A DNA stretch of 64,000 bases from positions 62,001 to 126,000 of the forward strand of contig NW_013547017.1 of assembly GCF_000711695.1 (NCBI RefSeq), given 5' to 3'. Position numbers and translations under genes: made by a program. The notes under the pieces were generated by a model. It was given only the letters and a program-made list of their open reading frames with translations, searched no databases and was not told the origin of the DNA. This stretch comes from Tilletiaria anomala UBC 951. Taxonomy: Eukaryota. Shown here piece by piece: positions 26,497 to 38,692 of this stretch; within the stretch, counting starts at the first letter, position 1; each line of letters starts with the position of its first letter.

Positions 26497-28855
26497 ATGG
26501 ATTTCACAAGTCCATTCCCGCACTCCTGCCCGGGCGCCATCGCCTTTTCGCCGGGCTCCACGTTTTTTGCGCTTGTGGTGCACAGCTCGGCCCGTTCAGA
26601 GTATCGCGATCCTAATGCTGCATCGGCTCTTTTGCATGGTACTAAGCGCAGACGACGAAACGCTAGCTCCGATGAATGGAGTACAGTGATCATTCGCGCC
26701 TCGTCCACACTCCAAGTGGTTCGGAGCTGGGATCTCGATGGTTACATCACCTCCTTGGAATGGTCCGAAGAAGGGAGGTACCTTTTGGCCGTGTCGCCGA
26801 CATACGCGGTCTCCCCTTCGCCTTCCACTTCTTTGGTGCCACAGCAGTCGTACTTTGGTGTCGCGAGTGCGGAAAATGGATCAGTATATGTGTTGAGTCT
26901 CGACCCTAGCTTGGAGGCGAATGATGAGTCGGATGAAGGGCAAGGATGGGTCGCCCGGGTCGACGCTGGGTTTGAAGGTATCTCAGGAGCGCAATGGATG
27001 AGAGGAAGGTCCGATAACATCATACTTTTTGCTACCGACGTGAGTGCCTTATATCACGGCATCTTTACCCCGCACAAGTGCATGTGGATCTGACGGTCGT
27101 TCCACTCCTTCACATGACGGTAGCTTCGCGCCAGCGTCTACTCCCTTAGCGACCTCAAAGTGACAATAATCAAATATGTCAAGCTGGGAATGTCAATCAC
27201 GAGCTCAAAATACCCCGGGTACTTTGGGCTCATCCGTCGCGAGGCGTGTAAAGAAAGCATCTCGCTTTATTGCTCTGACGAGAGGAGAGGATATCGCGCG
27301 ATTCTCGAAGGAACCGCTGGCAAATACTGGCAGGCTGAACAGGTTCGTTCGATTTCCCGTTGGCCTCTTATTCCTTCTCAGCCAACCTCTCTTGCGTTTG
27401 CTATAGTCCTTCAATCTTGCCACGAACGATGCCAGAGGCGCCGCTTGGTCTCCGGATGGTAGACACATCGCTGTGTGGGAGGGTCACATGGAGGTGAGTC
27501 TTGCGACAACTGTCCCCTCCAAGCAACGCTGTCACTGAAGGCTTGCTTTGACAACGGCTGTCCCAGTACAAGCTCCTCGTCTATACCCGTTGTGGATCCC
27601 ACCGCTTTACATTCTGGATACCTCCCAATTTAGTTGAGCCGATCTCATCCGCTTTGCCTACCGGAACATCTGGACTACCTTTGCTTGCAGTTCAAAGTAC
27701 AGCAAGCGCACGTTCCTCCACCATGGCTTCAAGTCTTCGAAAGTCCTATTCATCGAATTCCGTGAAAACCGAAGAGGATGAATCAAAGAGCAAAGAAAAG
27801 AGAAGGGCGCCTTCTCAAGCAATCCCGAAGAAGCGCAAGTCGGACGACGAGGAAACCAAGGTCTCTGGTGGTGGGCTGGGAATCAGGCAGGTAGCATGGT
27901 CCCCCCACTCGACCCTGCTGGCTGTCGGGGGTTTTGACGAGCACGTGAGTGCTGTGAGCTTCGTTCGTCTGGAGCCGTTATCTGAATGGTAGGAACCTGC
28001 CGGACACACCCTTCGCAGATACGGCTGCTGGACGCCGCTTCCGGAACAGAGATCTATTCTCTCGATCTGTCGCGGACTACCATTACCGGAGAGCTATCCC
28101 ACAGCCGTGCAAAGCCGACGCAACAGCAACCCCACCAAGGTCGCAGAGTCTCTGACTTTGTGTTCGGTCGTCTGCACGTCTGGCGAGAGCCTCATCTATC
28201 ATGGCTGGAGGAGACGGGCAAGCGATGCATTGTAGCAATGGAGAACTCTAGCAGCAGCTTGCCGGTTACAATCCCAAGTATGCGGGTTGACACGGCTGTT
28301 TCGCAGCCCAAGTGTGGAGTTTGCTGGATGGCTTGGAGCAAAGCGGGTACACTCTTGGCATCAAGAAATGGTAAGCAGGACGTGAGGTAATCGTCCGTAC
28401 ATCTTATGCTGATGCGAGTCTGGGCTTCCTCTTATACAGACAACATGCCCACCGCGGTATTCATTCACGCTTTCCCTCCCATCCCAAACGACCAGCCCGA
28501 CCAAACTCCACGCCCGTACCTTGTTGCGATCCTGCTCTTCGGCAGTGCAGTCCGCTCGGCAGTCTGGCAAAACGAAGCCCCATCATCCCTAACCATCGCA
28601 TGCGGAGGCGAGGCGCTCTACACCTGGTCCTTAGACGTTTCAGCTGACGGCAAAAGTATTCAACAAACCGCAGAGGCAATTCCCATCCCCAACGGTGAGT
28701 TCGGACGTTGGATTCACCGGCTTGCGCATTGCTGAACCAGCTGCTAACCTTTGCATGTAGATCACGTCAATGCGCAAAATCTGCATTGGTCACCAGATGG
28801 CCGATCGCTTTTGATTGCCGATCACCAATCATTCTGCTGCGCCATAGCTGCCTAG
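26497..28855 (+). CDS. WDR8: WD40 protein WDR8/WRAP73 homolog, multi-exon
   Basis: MDFT...FSPGS, LEWS, WVARVDAGFEG, WSPDGRHIAVWEG, GLGIRQVAWSP...LAVGGFD, WSKAGTLLASRN|DNMPTAV and HWSPDGRSLLIAD...FCC. Confidence 0.8.
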
Positions 28856-28934
28856 TGACCAGATCCGACTCAACTTATAATGGAATTGATGTGCTAAAAC
28901 GTACTCGTGTGCGTTACTCATTTGCAGTAGCTTC

Positions 28935-31900
28935 TCAAGCCACGTCTCCATGCTTGGGCTTGGAAGCGCGGCCAACAGTGCCGCCGGTGTAGCGTGTGAG
29001 CCAAGGCCAATAGCCTCTGCGCGCGAGCGCCTTCCAGAGCTCAATGCTAAGGATGAAGGTGATGGTCATGCCGAGCGCGACCGCCCATCCGACGCCCGAG
29101 AGAGGCGAGTGCCTGAAGACGGACGTGTTGAACGTGGGCACGTACAGGCAGATGGGGATGGTGCAAATGCCAAAGATGACGGACCAGAAAAGCATCGGGT
29201 TGCGCGCGAGACGGCGGTGAGGCGAGATGGTGAAGAGGGACTGGTCCATGCTAAGAAGCTCCCAGGCGACGAAGAGGTTTTGGAGGATGAGCGCGGTGAA
29301 GACTGCAGCGCGAGCCTGGAAGACGGCCTCGCAGCCCACTGCGAGACGCTCATTGCACTCGACCGCGAGGACGCCATCGCCGACGGGGTAGATCATGATG
29401 ATGAAGGCGAGGAGACACGTCCAGCCCATTGTGAAGCCGTAGAAAAGCATGTCGGAGATGACCTGCGTGCTGAAGACACCCGCCTTGACATTGTGCGGTG
29501 GACGCAGCATGATGTCCGCGTCACCCTTCTCCAATCCGAGGCCGATGGCGGGCAGGGAGGCAGTGACCATGTTGCAAAACAGGATGGCGACGGGCGAGAG
29601 CGGGAAGATTGAGTCTCTGTTTGCGTCTCGAAAGACGAGGCCGACGAGGAGCAAGATGACCTCTCCCACATTGGCGACGAGCAGGGCGATACAGAAGCGC
29701 TGGATGTTGTCGAATACCGTCCTGCCTTCTGCGATGCCCTTGACGATGGACGCGTAGCCATCGTCGACAAGGATGAGATCAGCGACGTCGCGCGCGATCT
29801 GCGTGCCCGAGCCCATGGCTATGCCAATCGGTGCGCGCTTAAGCGCGGGAGAGTCATTAATACCGTCGCCAGTCATGGCAAGATGCTGCCCGCGCCTCTG
29901 GGCAGCGGCAATCATCTTGACCTTGGTCGCGGGCGAGCAGCGAGCGAGGACAAGCGGGAGCTCGCGCAACCTGTCGATCTCGGCGTCAGAGATTGAGTCA
30001 AACTGATGTGCCGGCATGACAGCCGAAGCGCTCTCGTCGCCCTTGAGAATGCCAATCTCGCGCGCGATCGCACGCGCTGTGGCGATGTGGTCGCCCGTGA
30101 GCATGCGTACGGTAACGCCAGCGGTGTGGCATGCCTCGATCGCTCCGGGTGTCTCCGGACGTGGGGGGTCGTAGATGCCGGCGAGACCGATGAATGTCAG
30201 GTCCGTCTCGGCATCTTCGCGCTTTACGCCGCCGCCGCTCCCGCTGCTCGCCATCAGCGCCTTGTCAAATCCGACAGAGCGAGAAACGTGCCGGTGAGCG
30301 AATGCGAGCACACGCAGGCCTTGCGATGCCATGCGCTCCATGAGCTGCATGATGGCCTCCTTGTGTCCTTCGGTCAGCTTCATCTCTTGCGCCGAGCCAT
30401 TCGTCAGGGTGTGCGAGCACCTCTCGATGACGCGCTCGACGGCGCCCTTGGTGAAGAGCGCGTAGCCGCCCTCGGGGTTGGAGGTGACGTGATACATGAA
30501 GGTGGCGCGCTTGATGGTCGAATCGAATGGGAACTCTTGTGCGAAGACGAAGCCCGGCGCCTCTTCCTCCTTCTCGGTCTCGGCCTCGGAAGCTGGAGCG
30601 GCCAGCAAGGAGGCCTTGCTCATGCCGAGCTTCATGCTGAACACCTGAAGCGCGATCTCCGTTGGATCGCCCGTTGCGGACCATGTACCCTCGCGGCCCA
30701 GGCTGTCGGGAACGGCCTTGATCTCCGCGACGTTGCAGAGCGCGGCTGCGAGCGTGAGAGCATGGACGTGTGCAGGCATGTGGCTTGGGCAGATGAACTC
30801 TTTGGCAGTAGCAGCGTCTGCGTCGATCGCAGCGGTACCAAGCTTCTCGTCGTCCTCGACTGGCTTGCGGCTATCAATGTCTTCAAGCGTATACAGTCGT
30901 CCAACAGGCATGAAAGCATGCGCAGCACGCTCAATGCCATATTTGAGCACCGTGACGCCCTGGTTTTCAGCTGCGTTGACCTGGCTCGCGGTAGTATCTT
31001 TCATATTAGCAGGCGGAAGAACAAAGCCAATTTGGGAAGTGACCATCTTGCCTGTCGTCAGGGTTCCCGTCTTGTCCGAGCACACCGTGTCGATGCCACC
31101 GAGCGACTCGAGCGCCGAGAGCTTGCGGACGATGACGTTCGACTCAGCCATGCGCTTCGCACCGACGCTGAAAGCTGGACGAGCAAGCGGTGAGCGACCA
31201 AGGAAGGAGCCATCCTTGTTCAGCATATGGCACGCCAGGGGAACGCACTTGTCCTGTCCGCGAAAGTACTCACTGATCGTCAAGACGGCAACGAGACTCT
31301 CTGGAATGACGCCGATGCCGAGCGCGATGGCGTACAGTATCACCTGGTCATCAATGTCGAACTCGGCGACGGCAAAGACGACGATGGCGCAGACGACGGC
31401 GATGGTAAGCAAGATGTACGCAAACTTGTTCAGGCGGATCTGCAGTGGTGTGCCATCACGCAGGCCGAGGAACTTGGCCGTGGGCTCCCACGCTGCGGAG
31501 GCCTTGGTGCAAAGGAGCCGCCATGCGCGCGTGACGGGCCCGGTGGCCGCTGGGTCAGACGAAGAGGCCGGCTTACTGCTGCGCGCCTGCATCGCCGCGG
31601 CGATGCGGCCGAGCTGCGTGTTCATGCCGGTCGCGACGACGATGCCCTTGCCTCTTCCCTTTGTGACGGTGGTGGATGCAAAGCCGAGATTGAACTGGTC
31701 CCCGGGACCGAGCTGGGCCTTGTCGTCTTGAATTGCATCAACGATCTTGACGACGGGGAGGGACTCGCCCGTCAAGCTAGCCTCATCGACTTCGACGTTG
31801 CTCGTCGAGACGATACGCACGTCCGCTTGGAGCAGGTCGCCAGCCGCAAAAAGGACCAGGTCGCCGGGGACGAGTTCGACTGATTTAACCGTCCGCTCTT

Positions 31901-32804
31901 CGCCGTCGCGCACGACTCGCACCGTGGGGCTGCTGAGCGTCCGCAGGTTGGCCATGGTGCGTTCCGCCTTCCACTCCTGCGCAAAGCCGAGGGTGACGTT
32001 GAGCAAGATGACAGCGGTGACGACGACGCCCTCGACGTAGTCGCGCACGCCAAACGAGAGCGCCATTGCGCCGACGAGGACGAGCGTCAGCGCATTGGCC
32101 ACCTGCCGCAGCAGGATCGACCACGCCGAGACGCGCTCGCCCGCGTCGACTTGGTTTGGCCCGCACTCGGCCAGGCGCGCAGCGGCGTCCGAGCTGCTGA
32201 GTCCGTGCGAAGCGAGCATATCGACGGCGTGCTGCTGAGGCTCTGTGCCAGCCGTGGCGCGAGCTGGTGGGACCGTGGTTGAATATGTGAGGGAGCTGAA
32301 GAAAGCGACCACCTGAGCGACGGTCAATGTATGCGGTTGCAGCAGATCAAAGCGTCCGGCGCCAGAGGCAGATGCGGCACGCGCAGCAGTGCCGACGACA
32401 TCGTCAATGCTTTCGACGACGATGGCTGTATGCGCCGCCAACTCGACGAGGGCGTTCTTGACTGCGACATCTGCGTCTGCATCTCGGCCGTGCTGGAAGT
32501 GGACGGCGGCAAGGTCGTCGACGTGGCGGTGAGGGAGGGCATCTCGCTTGTTGGAGAGGCGATGTGAGTCGACGCTCGTGTGAGAGCTGCTGTGCGTGCC
32601 GATAGAGCTCGTGGTGCACCGCGAGACGGTGGCAGGAGTCGGGCCGGTGGCAAAGAGTGAGCCGCTACAAGGCGGCTCGTCCTCGTCGGCCAGTGATTCC
32701 TCTGCCTGTTCCGAACGACGCGCCGACCCGTTGGGCGAGCCCGAGCTGGCGGCGGCGAACAGAGCGGAAGCGTCAATGGAGCGGCGATGCGGGGGATCAG
32801 CCAT
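28935..32804 (-). CDS. ENA1: P-type IID (ENA) Na+/K+ efflux ATPase
   Basis: LTGES, IPESLVAVLTIT, phosphorylation site CSDKTGTLT, GDPTE, FPFDS, KGAVE, YDPPR, MLTGDH and MTGDGIND. 99-nt in-frame intron 31175-31273. Confidence 0.92.
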   Translation of the reverse strand: MADPPHRRSIDASALFAAASSGSPNGSARRSEQAEESLADEDEPPCSGSLFATGPTPATVSRCTTSSIGTHSSSHTSVDSHRLSNKRDALPHRHVDDLAAVHFQHGRDADADVAVKNALVELAAHTAIVVESIDDVVGTAARAASASGAGRFDLLQPHTLTVAQVVAFFSSLTYSTTVPPARATAGTEPQQHAVDMLASHGLSSSDAAARLAECGPNQVDAGERVSAWSILLRQVANALTLVLVGAMALSFGVRDYVEGVVVTAVILLNVTLGFAQEWKAERTMANLRTLSSPTVRVVRDGEERTVKSVELVPGDLVLFAAGDLLQADVRIVSTSNVEVDEASLTGESLPVVKIVDAIQDDKAQLGPGDQFNLGFASTTVTKGRGKGIVVATGMNTQLGRIAAAMQARSSKPASSSDPAATGPVTRAWRLLCTKASAAWEPTAKFLGLRDGTPLQIRLNKFAYILLTIAVVCAIVVFAVAEFDIDDQVILYAIALGIGVIPESLVAVLTISEYFRGQDKCVPLACHMLNKDGSFLGRSPLARPAFSVGAKRMAESNVIVRKLSALESLGGIDTVCSDKTGTLTTGKMVTSQIGFVLPPANMKDTTASQVNAAENQGVTVLKYGIERAAHAFMPVGRLYTLEDIDSRKPVEDDEKLGTAAIDADAATAKEFICPSHMPAHVHALTLAAALCNVAEIKAVPDSLGREGTWSATGDPTEIALQVFSMKLGMSKASLLAAPASEAETEKEEEAPGFVFAQEFPFDSTIKRATFMYHVTSNPEGGYALFTKGAVERVIERCSHTLTNGSAQEMKLTEGHKEAIMQLMERMASQGLRVLAFAHRHVSRSVGFDKALMASSGSGGGVKREDAETDLTFIGLAGIYDPPRPETPGAIEACHTAGVTVRMLTGDHIATARAIAREIGILKGDESASAVMPAHQFDSISDAEIDRLRELPLVLARCSPATKVKMIAAAQRRGQHLAMTGDGINDSPALKRAPIGIAMGSGTQIARDVADLILVDDGYASIVKGIAEGRTVFDNIQRFCIALLVANVGEVILLLVGLVFRDANRDSIFPLSPVAILFCNMVTASLPAIGLGLEKGDADIMLRPPHNVKAGVFSTQVISDMLFYGFTMGWTCLLAFIIMIYPVGDGVLAVECNERLAVGCEAVFQARAAVFTALILQNLFVAWELLSMDQSLFTISPHRRLARNPMLFWSVIFGICTIPICLYVPTFNTSVFRHSPLSGVGWAVALGMTITFILSIELWKALARRGYWPWLTRYTGGTVGRASKPKHGDVA

Positions 32805-32944
32805 AAGTGTCGGGTCAGCGGAAAGACGGCGGCAAGAATGGATGAGGTAAGTAGTGAGTATGGGTAACAAGCTTTAATTTGGTGCCTGTCTAGCTTGCAC
32901 AAGCAGATACAGCTGGCACGAGTGTTGAGGCCAAAGGGAAGGAA

Positions 32945-33598
32945 GCCAGGGCGGCTGCGCATTGTTGCTGGGGAGCGCCATCCACCAGCCCGATTCCTTA
33001 TATAGAGGGCTAACAATCGGGGGTCTTCAATTACCACAAGCAATGTAATCCATGGTCCTGCCAAGCTAGCACGGGGCTGCGTCTGTATACGCGGCCCGCG
33101 TGGTAGCGTGGTGTGGCGGCGGCCGGCCGGCCATTCGGTTTATCTCGCTCAACACTTGAGGCAGGAGATGAGACGGATCGATTTGGAGTCGCACGACTCT
33201 CCCCCAACAATCCATCAAGCATTACAAAGCTAAAGTATCGGCAGCGCATGCCGCGCACAGCCTTCCACGCTGCTCACTTTGACTGCGACGCCATCCTGCG
33301 CCATGCATGCGTCACGTCTTACGACTCATATGAGTCCCATGCGGAGGGACGACAGGCAAGAAGCACTGTCCCCTCGGCTTGTTGCGAGCTAGAGCATTAC
33401 CAGCCAAAGTCAGGCGGAGCTTTCGGCGTTGGAGGTGGATGAGGCACGTTTGCAGTGAAAGCATCAAGCACAGATGCTTGGCATCCCTGTCAATCAATCT
33501 GTAATGAGACTGGTGCGAATTAGATTCAACGCGGCAACCCTACTGACATAAGCGTGAACACGTGACGCGTCGCGCATCGTCTTGTGCGACACGCCAAG
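32945..33598. promoter_or_regulatory. ENA promoter with TATA-like element and four GCCARG (PacC/Rim101-type) sites
   Basis: GCCAGG 32945, GCCAAG 33060, CTTGGC 33477, GCCAAG 33593; TATATAAG on the minus strand near 32997-33004. Confidence 0.4.
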
Positions 33599-33797
33599 GC
33601 AACTACTACAACCGAATAGTATGTCCGTCAGCATGAGCAGCAACCGAGGTCAGAGTACAGCTCTGGGCAAAAGCTGCAAGCCGACATCACGTAAAAGAGT
33701 TTAGTGCCACGCAAAAAGGCCGTCCATTGTGGGACGCATTCGCTGGCATCCCACGCACGTATTTATCAACTGAGGGGGGGCCCTCGCTGCAGCCATC

Positions 33798-35076
33798 ATG
33801 TTCTCCGCTGCCGCCCCCACCACCGGATCGTACGAGGAGGAGCGTCTGGAGAACATCCGGCGCAACCAGGCGCTCCTTCGGGAGCTCGAGCTGAGCTCGG
33901 GCCTCGGCCTCGGGGACGAATTGGCACATACTTCGGACAAGGATGTGGCCGGTCCTTCGACTGCTACACCAGCGGCAGCAGAAGCAAGGCAAAAGCGGCG
34001 GTTGTCCGCGAGGAGTCGGGCGCAGCAGTCGTCGCCGCCGTCAAAGAAGCGGGCCTTGAACGGAGAGACGAAGTTACGTCCACTGCCGACGCGGCGCAGT
34101 GAACGTGTGCGCAAACCCTTGCAACATGCGAAGGTCGAACACATACAAACGCAACTCAGCTCCACGGCTGTGGATGATGCAGACTTCCCAGCTACGCCGC
34201 CCCGCGGGAGTGTGCACTTGAAGAAAGTCCGCCCGCCGAATCCCGGTTCTTCCAGGGACGTGGATGTTGGCATATTGGCAGACAAAGAATACCATGAGGA
34301 GGAAGAGGATGACCTGGACGATGATATCTACACTGCGCCATTACCGCAGCGCGAGACTCCCTCTTCGCTGAGCGAGGGCCGCGGTGCGCTCAAGTTCGAG
34401 CAAGGACTGTGGCACTTTACGCCGAACCTGACCCCATCGGAGATGTTCCTCGGCGGCGCATTCGGTGGAACGGCGTTCAAGTCCCACTATTCGCCCGTTC
34501 TGCGCAGGCAGCTGGACTCGGAATTGGAGCTTTCGCGCGACGCGCTGCCGCCGCGGGCTCGCGACGACTTCCTCGTGCGCGACAAGCCCGATTGGCGCGC
34601 GGACCATGCGTGGCAGCGCCGCTTCTTGATGAGCGACACGTACCGTCCCGATGTCAACCGCTTCAGCGTCAAGGCAAGTCAGAGCCTGAAGGAGTGGGAG
34701 GACGCCGGGTGGATCCGCGCACAGGACCCGAGAGGCTGGTGGCAGTGGTATCTGCGCTTCTACTACGGACGCAGGTCCAAGGATGACGAGCGCCAGATCC
34801 AACGCTGTGAGTCGCGCGGCCGTCCGCAATTGTCTCACTGTCCCCCTTCCGCCTTGTTATCTGCCTCTGCACATCTTGAAGCTCAACCCGAACCGCACAC
34901 GTGACACAGGGCTCAAAGCATGCGGGCCCAATGGCCGCTTCCGACGTGCACTCGCCGCCAAGATTGCATCGCAAGGTGGCGAGTGGAGCAACGCAACGAT
35001 CAACCCCATCCTGCGCCAGACACTTTGGCATTGGGGCTACGAGCTGTCCAAAACGGATTACGAAAAGTATTTCTGA
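33798..35076 (+). CDS. Conserved protein of unknown function with Trp-rich C-terminal domain, one intron
   Basis: N-terminal YEEERLENIRRNQALLRELEL helix. C-domain FTPNLTP.EM..GGAFGG, VNRF.VKA.QSL..WE..GWI..QDPRGWWQWY.RFY.GRR..DD.RQI.RW|LKACGP.GRF...P.LRQTL.HWGYEL. Intron 34807-34909. Confidence 0.85.
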
Positions 35077-35160
35077 TCATGATGATCGCATTCAAAGCTG
35101 CCACTGCATGTGCGCACATGTAATACCCCTGGACCGGTTGGCGTAACGCATAACCGCGTC

Positions 35161-38100
35161 TCACAATAGCTCGTGCGGCGCGTAATCACCATTCGTGCTC
35201 TCCGGCTTGGACTTGTCGGGGATGACTCCGCTCATGGCCATCGCCTCTGCGAGCAGCGCCTGGTCCCACGTGCCATTCCTGAAGAGCATGAGCGATTCGT
35301 AGCTGCGCTGCGCCACCTTGATCTTGGTGGCCATGCGCCGCAGCAGCTCCGTCAAGCGGTCGTACGCGCCCATGTACTCGGCCATCTCCCGCTCGCTCGC
35401 ACAGGACGACTTGCGCGCGAACTCGATCTTCGCTGCTAGCAAAGTTGCTGCTTTCTGTACAGCATCGAGGCCGGTCAGGGAGTAAGAAGAGAGAGAAAAT
35501 GAAAGGGGAGTCATGAGAGACGTTCAGATGATAACAAAGGTGCTTGTGCCACTCACATGGAAGGTCATTGAGGAGCGCGGATGCAGCAGGGTCGGGTCGA
35601 AGCTGGTCGACTCGATGAGCTCCACAATCCTCATTCTGCAGGTAGAATGCGGGGAGGCAGAAGAAGTGGGACGTGTCAGAAAGAGCCCAGCTCGGAGCAT
35701 AGGCGAAGCTCGATACTCACACCTCGCGTACCATGAACTCGACCTGGCGGTACGAGTACGACTCAGGATCGGTGACGTTGAGGAACGGTTCGTGCAAATT
35801 TGCCAGCGCCCCGACCGTGGTGAGTCGTGCAGCGAGGAGGTCGAGCGAATTGGGGTCCTTGAGCGGCGGTGCAGAGTGGAGCAGCTGCAGAATGTTGGCA
35901 TCGAGCTCTCGAAAGCCGGCCGGCTGGTGTGTGGCGGCTTCGCCAATATCATTTCGCGCAAGCATGTATTTGATGCGCTTGTGCAGGATGACGGCTTTGA
36001 GAAGCACGTTGAACTCATCCACGTGACCATTCTGGAACAGATCCTCTGAGGCCAGCGTCTGCAGGTTCGGCTCCGAGTCTCTGCCCGCTTGGAAATCGGC
36101 GATGCTGCTCGTCAGCGTCGTATACACCGCCGAGTCGTTGATGGACGACTCAAAGTGAAGGCCGTGATGCGAGTAGGAAGCCTCGACCAAATACGCGCAC
36201 CAGAACGTGATCCTGCGCTCGTGCTCCTCGGGCGCCGTCTTGGAGGGCGGGAGGTAGCAGCCAAAGCTGGGTGCGGCCTCCTGGTAGGGATGCAGTTTGA
36301 AAAGGCCGCACCTGCCGGGAGAAGAAAGAGAGAGAGATGAGAAGGCCGGGGTCAGCCGATACTAGGGTTCATAAAGAACGGACATGCTACCGCACTGCAC
36401 CACTCACGGTGGCAAAATCTTGGCGATGACGCCGGTGACCAAGAAGCATTCGAGGAGCCTGCCCTCGGTAAAGAGTGCATCGGCGATGATGATCATGGCC
36501 TGCACCCAGTCGAGCGGGTTGCTATTGCTCGTCACGAGCGCGCGGGAGACCTTGGCGCGCGCGCGGCTGAGGTGGAAATTGGCAAAGCTCATTTTAGTGT
36601 CCGCTGCCTGAGGCAGTGCGCCATCCATCAGGTTGATTCCCTGCCCGATGTCCGGCGCCGCGTACTGCGTACCGTCGAGCATCTCGCTGAGCAAGGGAAA
36701 GTCGCCAAATTCGCCGAAGCTGCCGAGCCCGTCAGCACCACTGCCGAGGTTAGCGCCAATGCCCATTGCGCCACTGGCCGCGCCAAAGAGTCCGTCAGGC
36801 ATGCCCCGGGACGGTGTCGCGGCACGCGTTGGCGGCTTGCTCGTCTCCTCAAAGAAGGGCGAGAGCGGTGCGGCGGCGGCGAGGATGGCGTGGATCAGCC
36901 CGATGGCCGGGCGGTCCGGGTGGCGCGGCGGGAGCGATAAGCTGGTCATGAAGCTGGGCTTGTAGATCATCACGCGCAGCGGATGGCGCGCAAAGAAGAT
37001 CTCTGACAGGTGCAGGACTGTGTCCGGCGACGGCAGGTCTGGCGGCCAGTCGGGCCACAGTAAATTCAGTAGCGGGTCCGGCTCCATGATAGTCGCAGCC
37101 CATCGCTTCTCCTGCGGCAGCGGCTGCACGCCGTCCAGCTCGAACAGCTGTTTCGACTCATGCGGCGTGATGCTGTCGGACCGCTGCTGCGCAGCGCTGC
37201 TGATGGACGACGAGGAGGAGGACGGGATGCCGAGCTTGAGCCGCGCGCGGTAATGGAACCCCTTACGCTCGTCCGTCACCGAGCACGCCGTAGAGGGACT
37301 CGCGGACATCGGCGACGTCGCCGTCCCCGTGGTTTTAGCCGCTTGGCCATCCGGGGAGCGTGATGTGTGCATCGTGGGGATCCAGCTTTGCACGGCGCCA
37401 CCTCCTCCGTCGCCCCCTTGACCGGCCCCTCCTGATCCTGCAGAGCCAGCTTTCTGTTTGAAACTCTCCATCAGCAGCCTTTCGAGGTGCCGGATCCGGT
37501 CTTCCAGCTGGCCGACCTTGCAGTCGGGCGCACTGTCCTTCTGGAATGAATCTGCCTTTCGCGCCTTCTTGATTGTCGTCGCCATCGCGCCCGCGTCCTC
37601 CTCGCCATCGAGCGTATCCTCCTCGCCAGGCGCCGCGCGTTTCGTCTTGCGCTTCGACCGTTCCTTGTACACGCAGTCCCCGTCCGGTACGGGCGGGGGG
37701 TGGCGCGCAGCGGCTGCTGCCTCGCGCGACTTTTTGCATGTGCTGCACACGGGACGCGCGGCGTCGCACTTGAGCTTGCGCTTGCGGCAGGACAGGCACG
37801 CCTGGTTCCGGCGGAGCGGGGGCGGGTTCAATGCGTCGTCGTCGGCATCGTCTTGCATCATGGAGGCGTCGCCTGTGCTACGGTTGCTGTTGCCACTGCC
37901 GTTGGTTGCAGAAGGTTGAGCATGTTTTGTCGTCGGTTCGTGCATGGCATTGTACGCGTAGCTCTTGTTGGTGGCGTGAACATGGTGTTCGCGCTGTGCC
38001 TCCCCATTGTAGTGGCCGAGCGCCCCGAAAGACGGGGGAAGCGCCGACGGACCTCTTGGATGGGTGGACAGCGCGGCGTTGCCGTGGTGATGAGAAGGTG

Positions 38101-38692
38101 AGGGTGGGGGTAGGGGATGCATATGCAAGGCATAGGGATGATTAAACATTTTCTTCATGTTGCTCAAAGAGGAGCCGGGAAGAGGAGGCGGAGGTGTGGG
38201 CGGGTTAGAGAAATTTGATGCCGCTGCGCCGGGCGACAAGGGAAAGATGTCACGTCTGCTGCCTGCCGCTGCCGCGGCACCTGGCCCTGCTCCTGACCCG
38301 GGTGCAGATGCGGAAGGTGAGCTGTAGAAGGGCGGCGTGGGAGGGCCGGAGAAGGGGCCGCTGCTCCTGTACAGGCCTCCTGCAGCGGGCCAGTGGGATG
38401 CGAGACTGGCTGACAGCGGCGGAAGCGTGTTGGAGCTCGAGTAATTGGATCCCCCCGCGTTCATGGCCGCGTCCCTCGAAAGCAGATGGTGGCCAAAAGG
38501 AGGGTGGTGGCTGCCGCTGTTCGTATTCGGATTCGTTGTCCCGGCGCGGACGAGGGCAGCAGCAGTGGCTGCACCCGACAAGGTAGAGGACGATGATGAG
38601 CCTGCGATGACTGGGTCGATGGGCGGCGTGGCGTGCGAAGCGGACGCAGGCAAGCCGGTGCCGCTCGAGTACATCTCGCCCAGGCTGGCCAT
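35161..38692 (-). CDS. Zn(II)2Cys6 transcription factor with fungal-specific TF domain (spliced)
   Basis: RRNQACLSCRKRKLKCDAARPVCSTC...CVY, coiled coil LEDRIRHLE, WP.WPPDLP.P...HL..IFF and ERDRAFW-like segment in downstream exons. Confidence 0.88.

Noticed and set aside
31656..31664. Prf1 pheromone response element (ACAAAGGGA on the minus strand)
   Set aside because: Single copy inside the ENA coding sequence; none seen upstream of the receptor gene.
28950..32850. Long plus-strand ORFs (e.g. 30006-31193, 30718-31731) opposite the ENA ATPase, and similar shadows over ITC1 and the Zn2Cys6 gene
   Set aside because: Antisense shadows of GC-rich coding sequence with no recognisable motifs.
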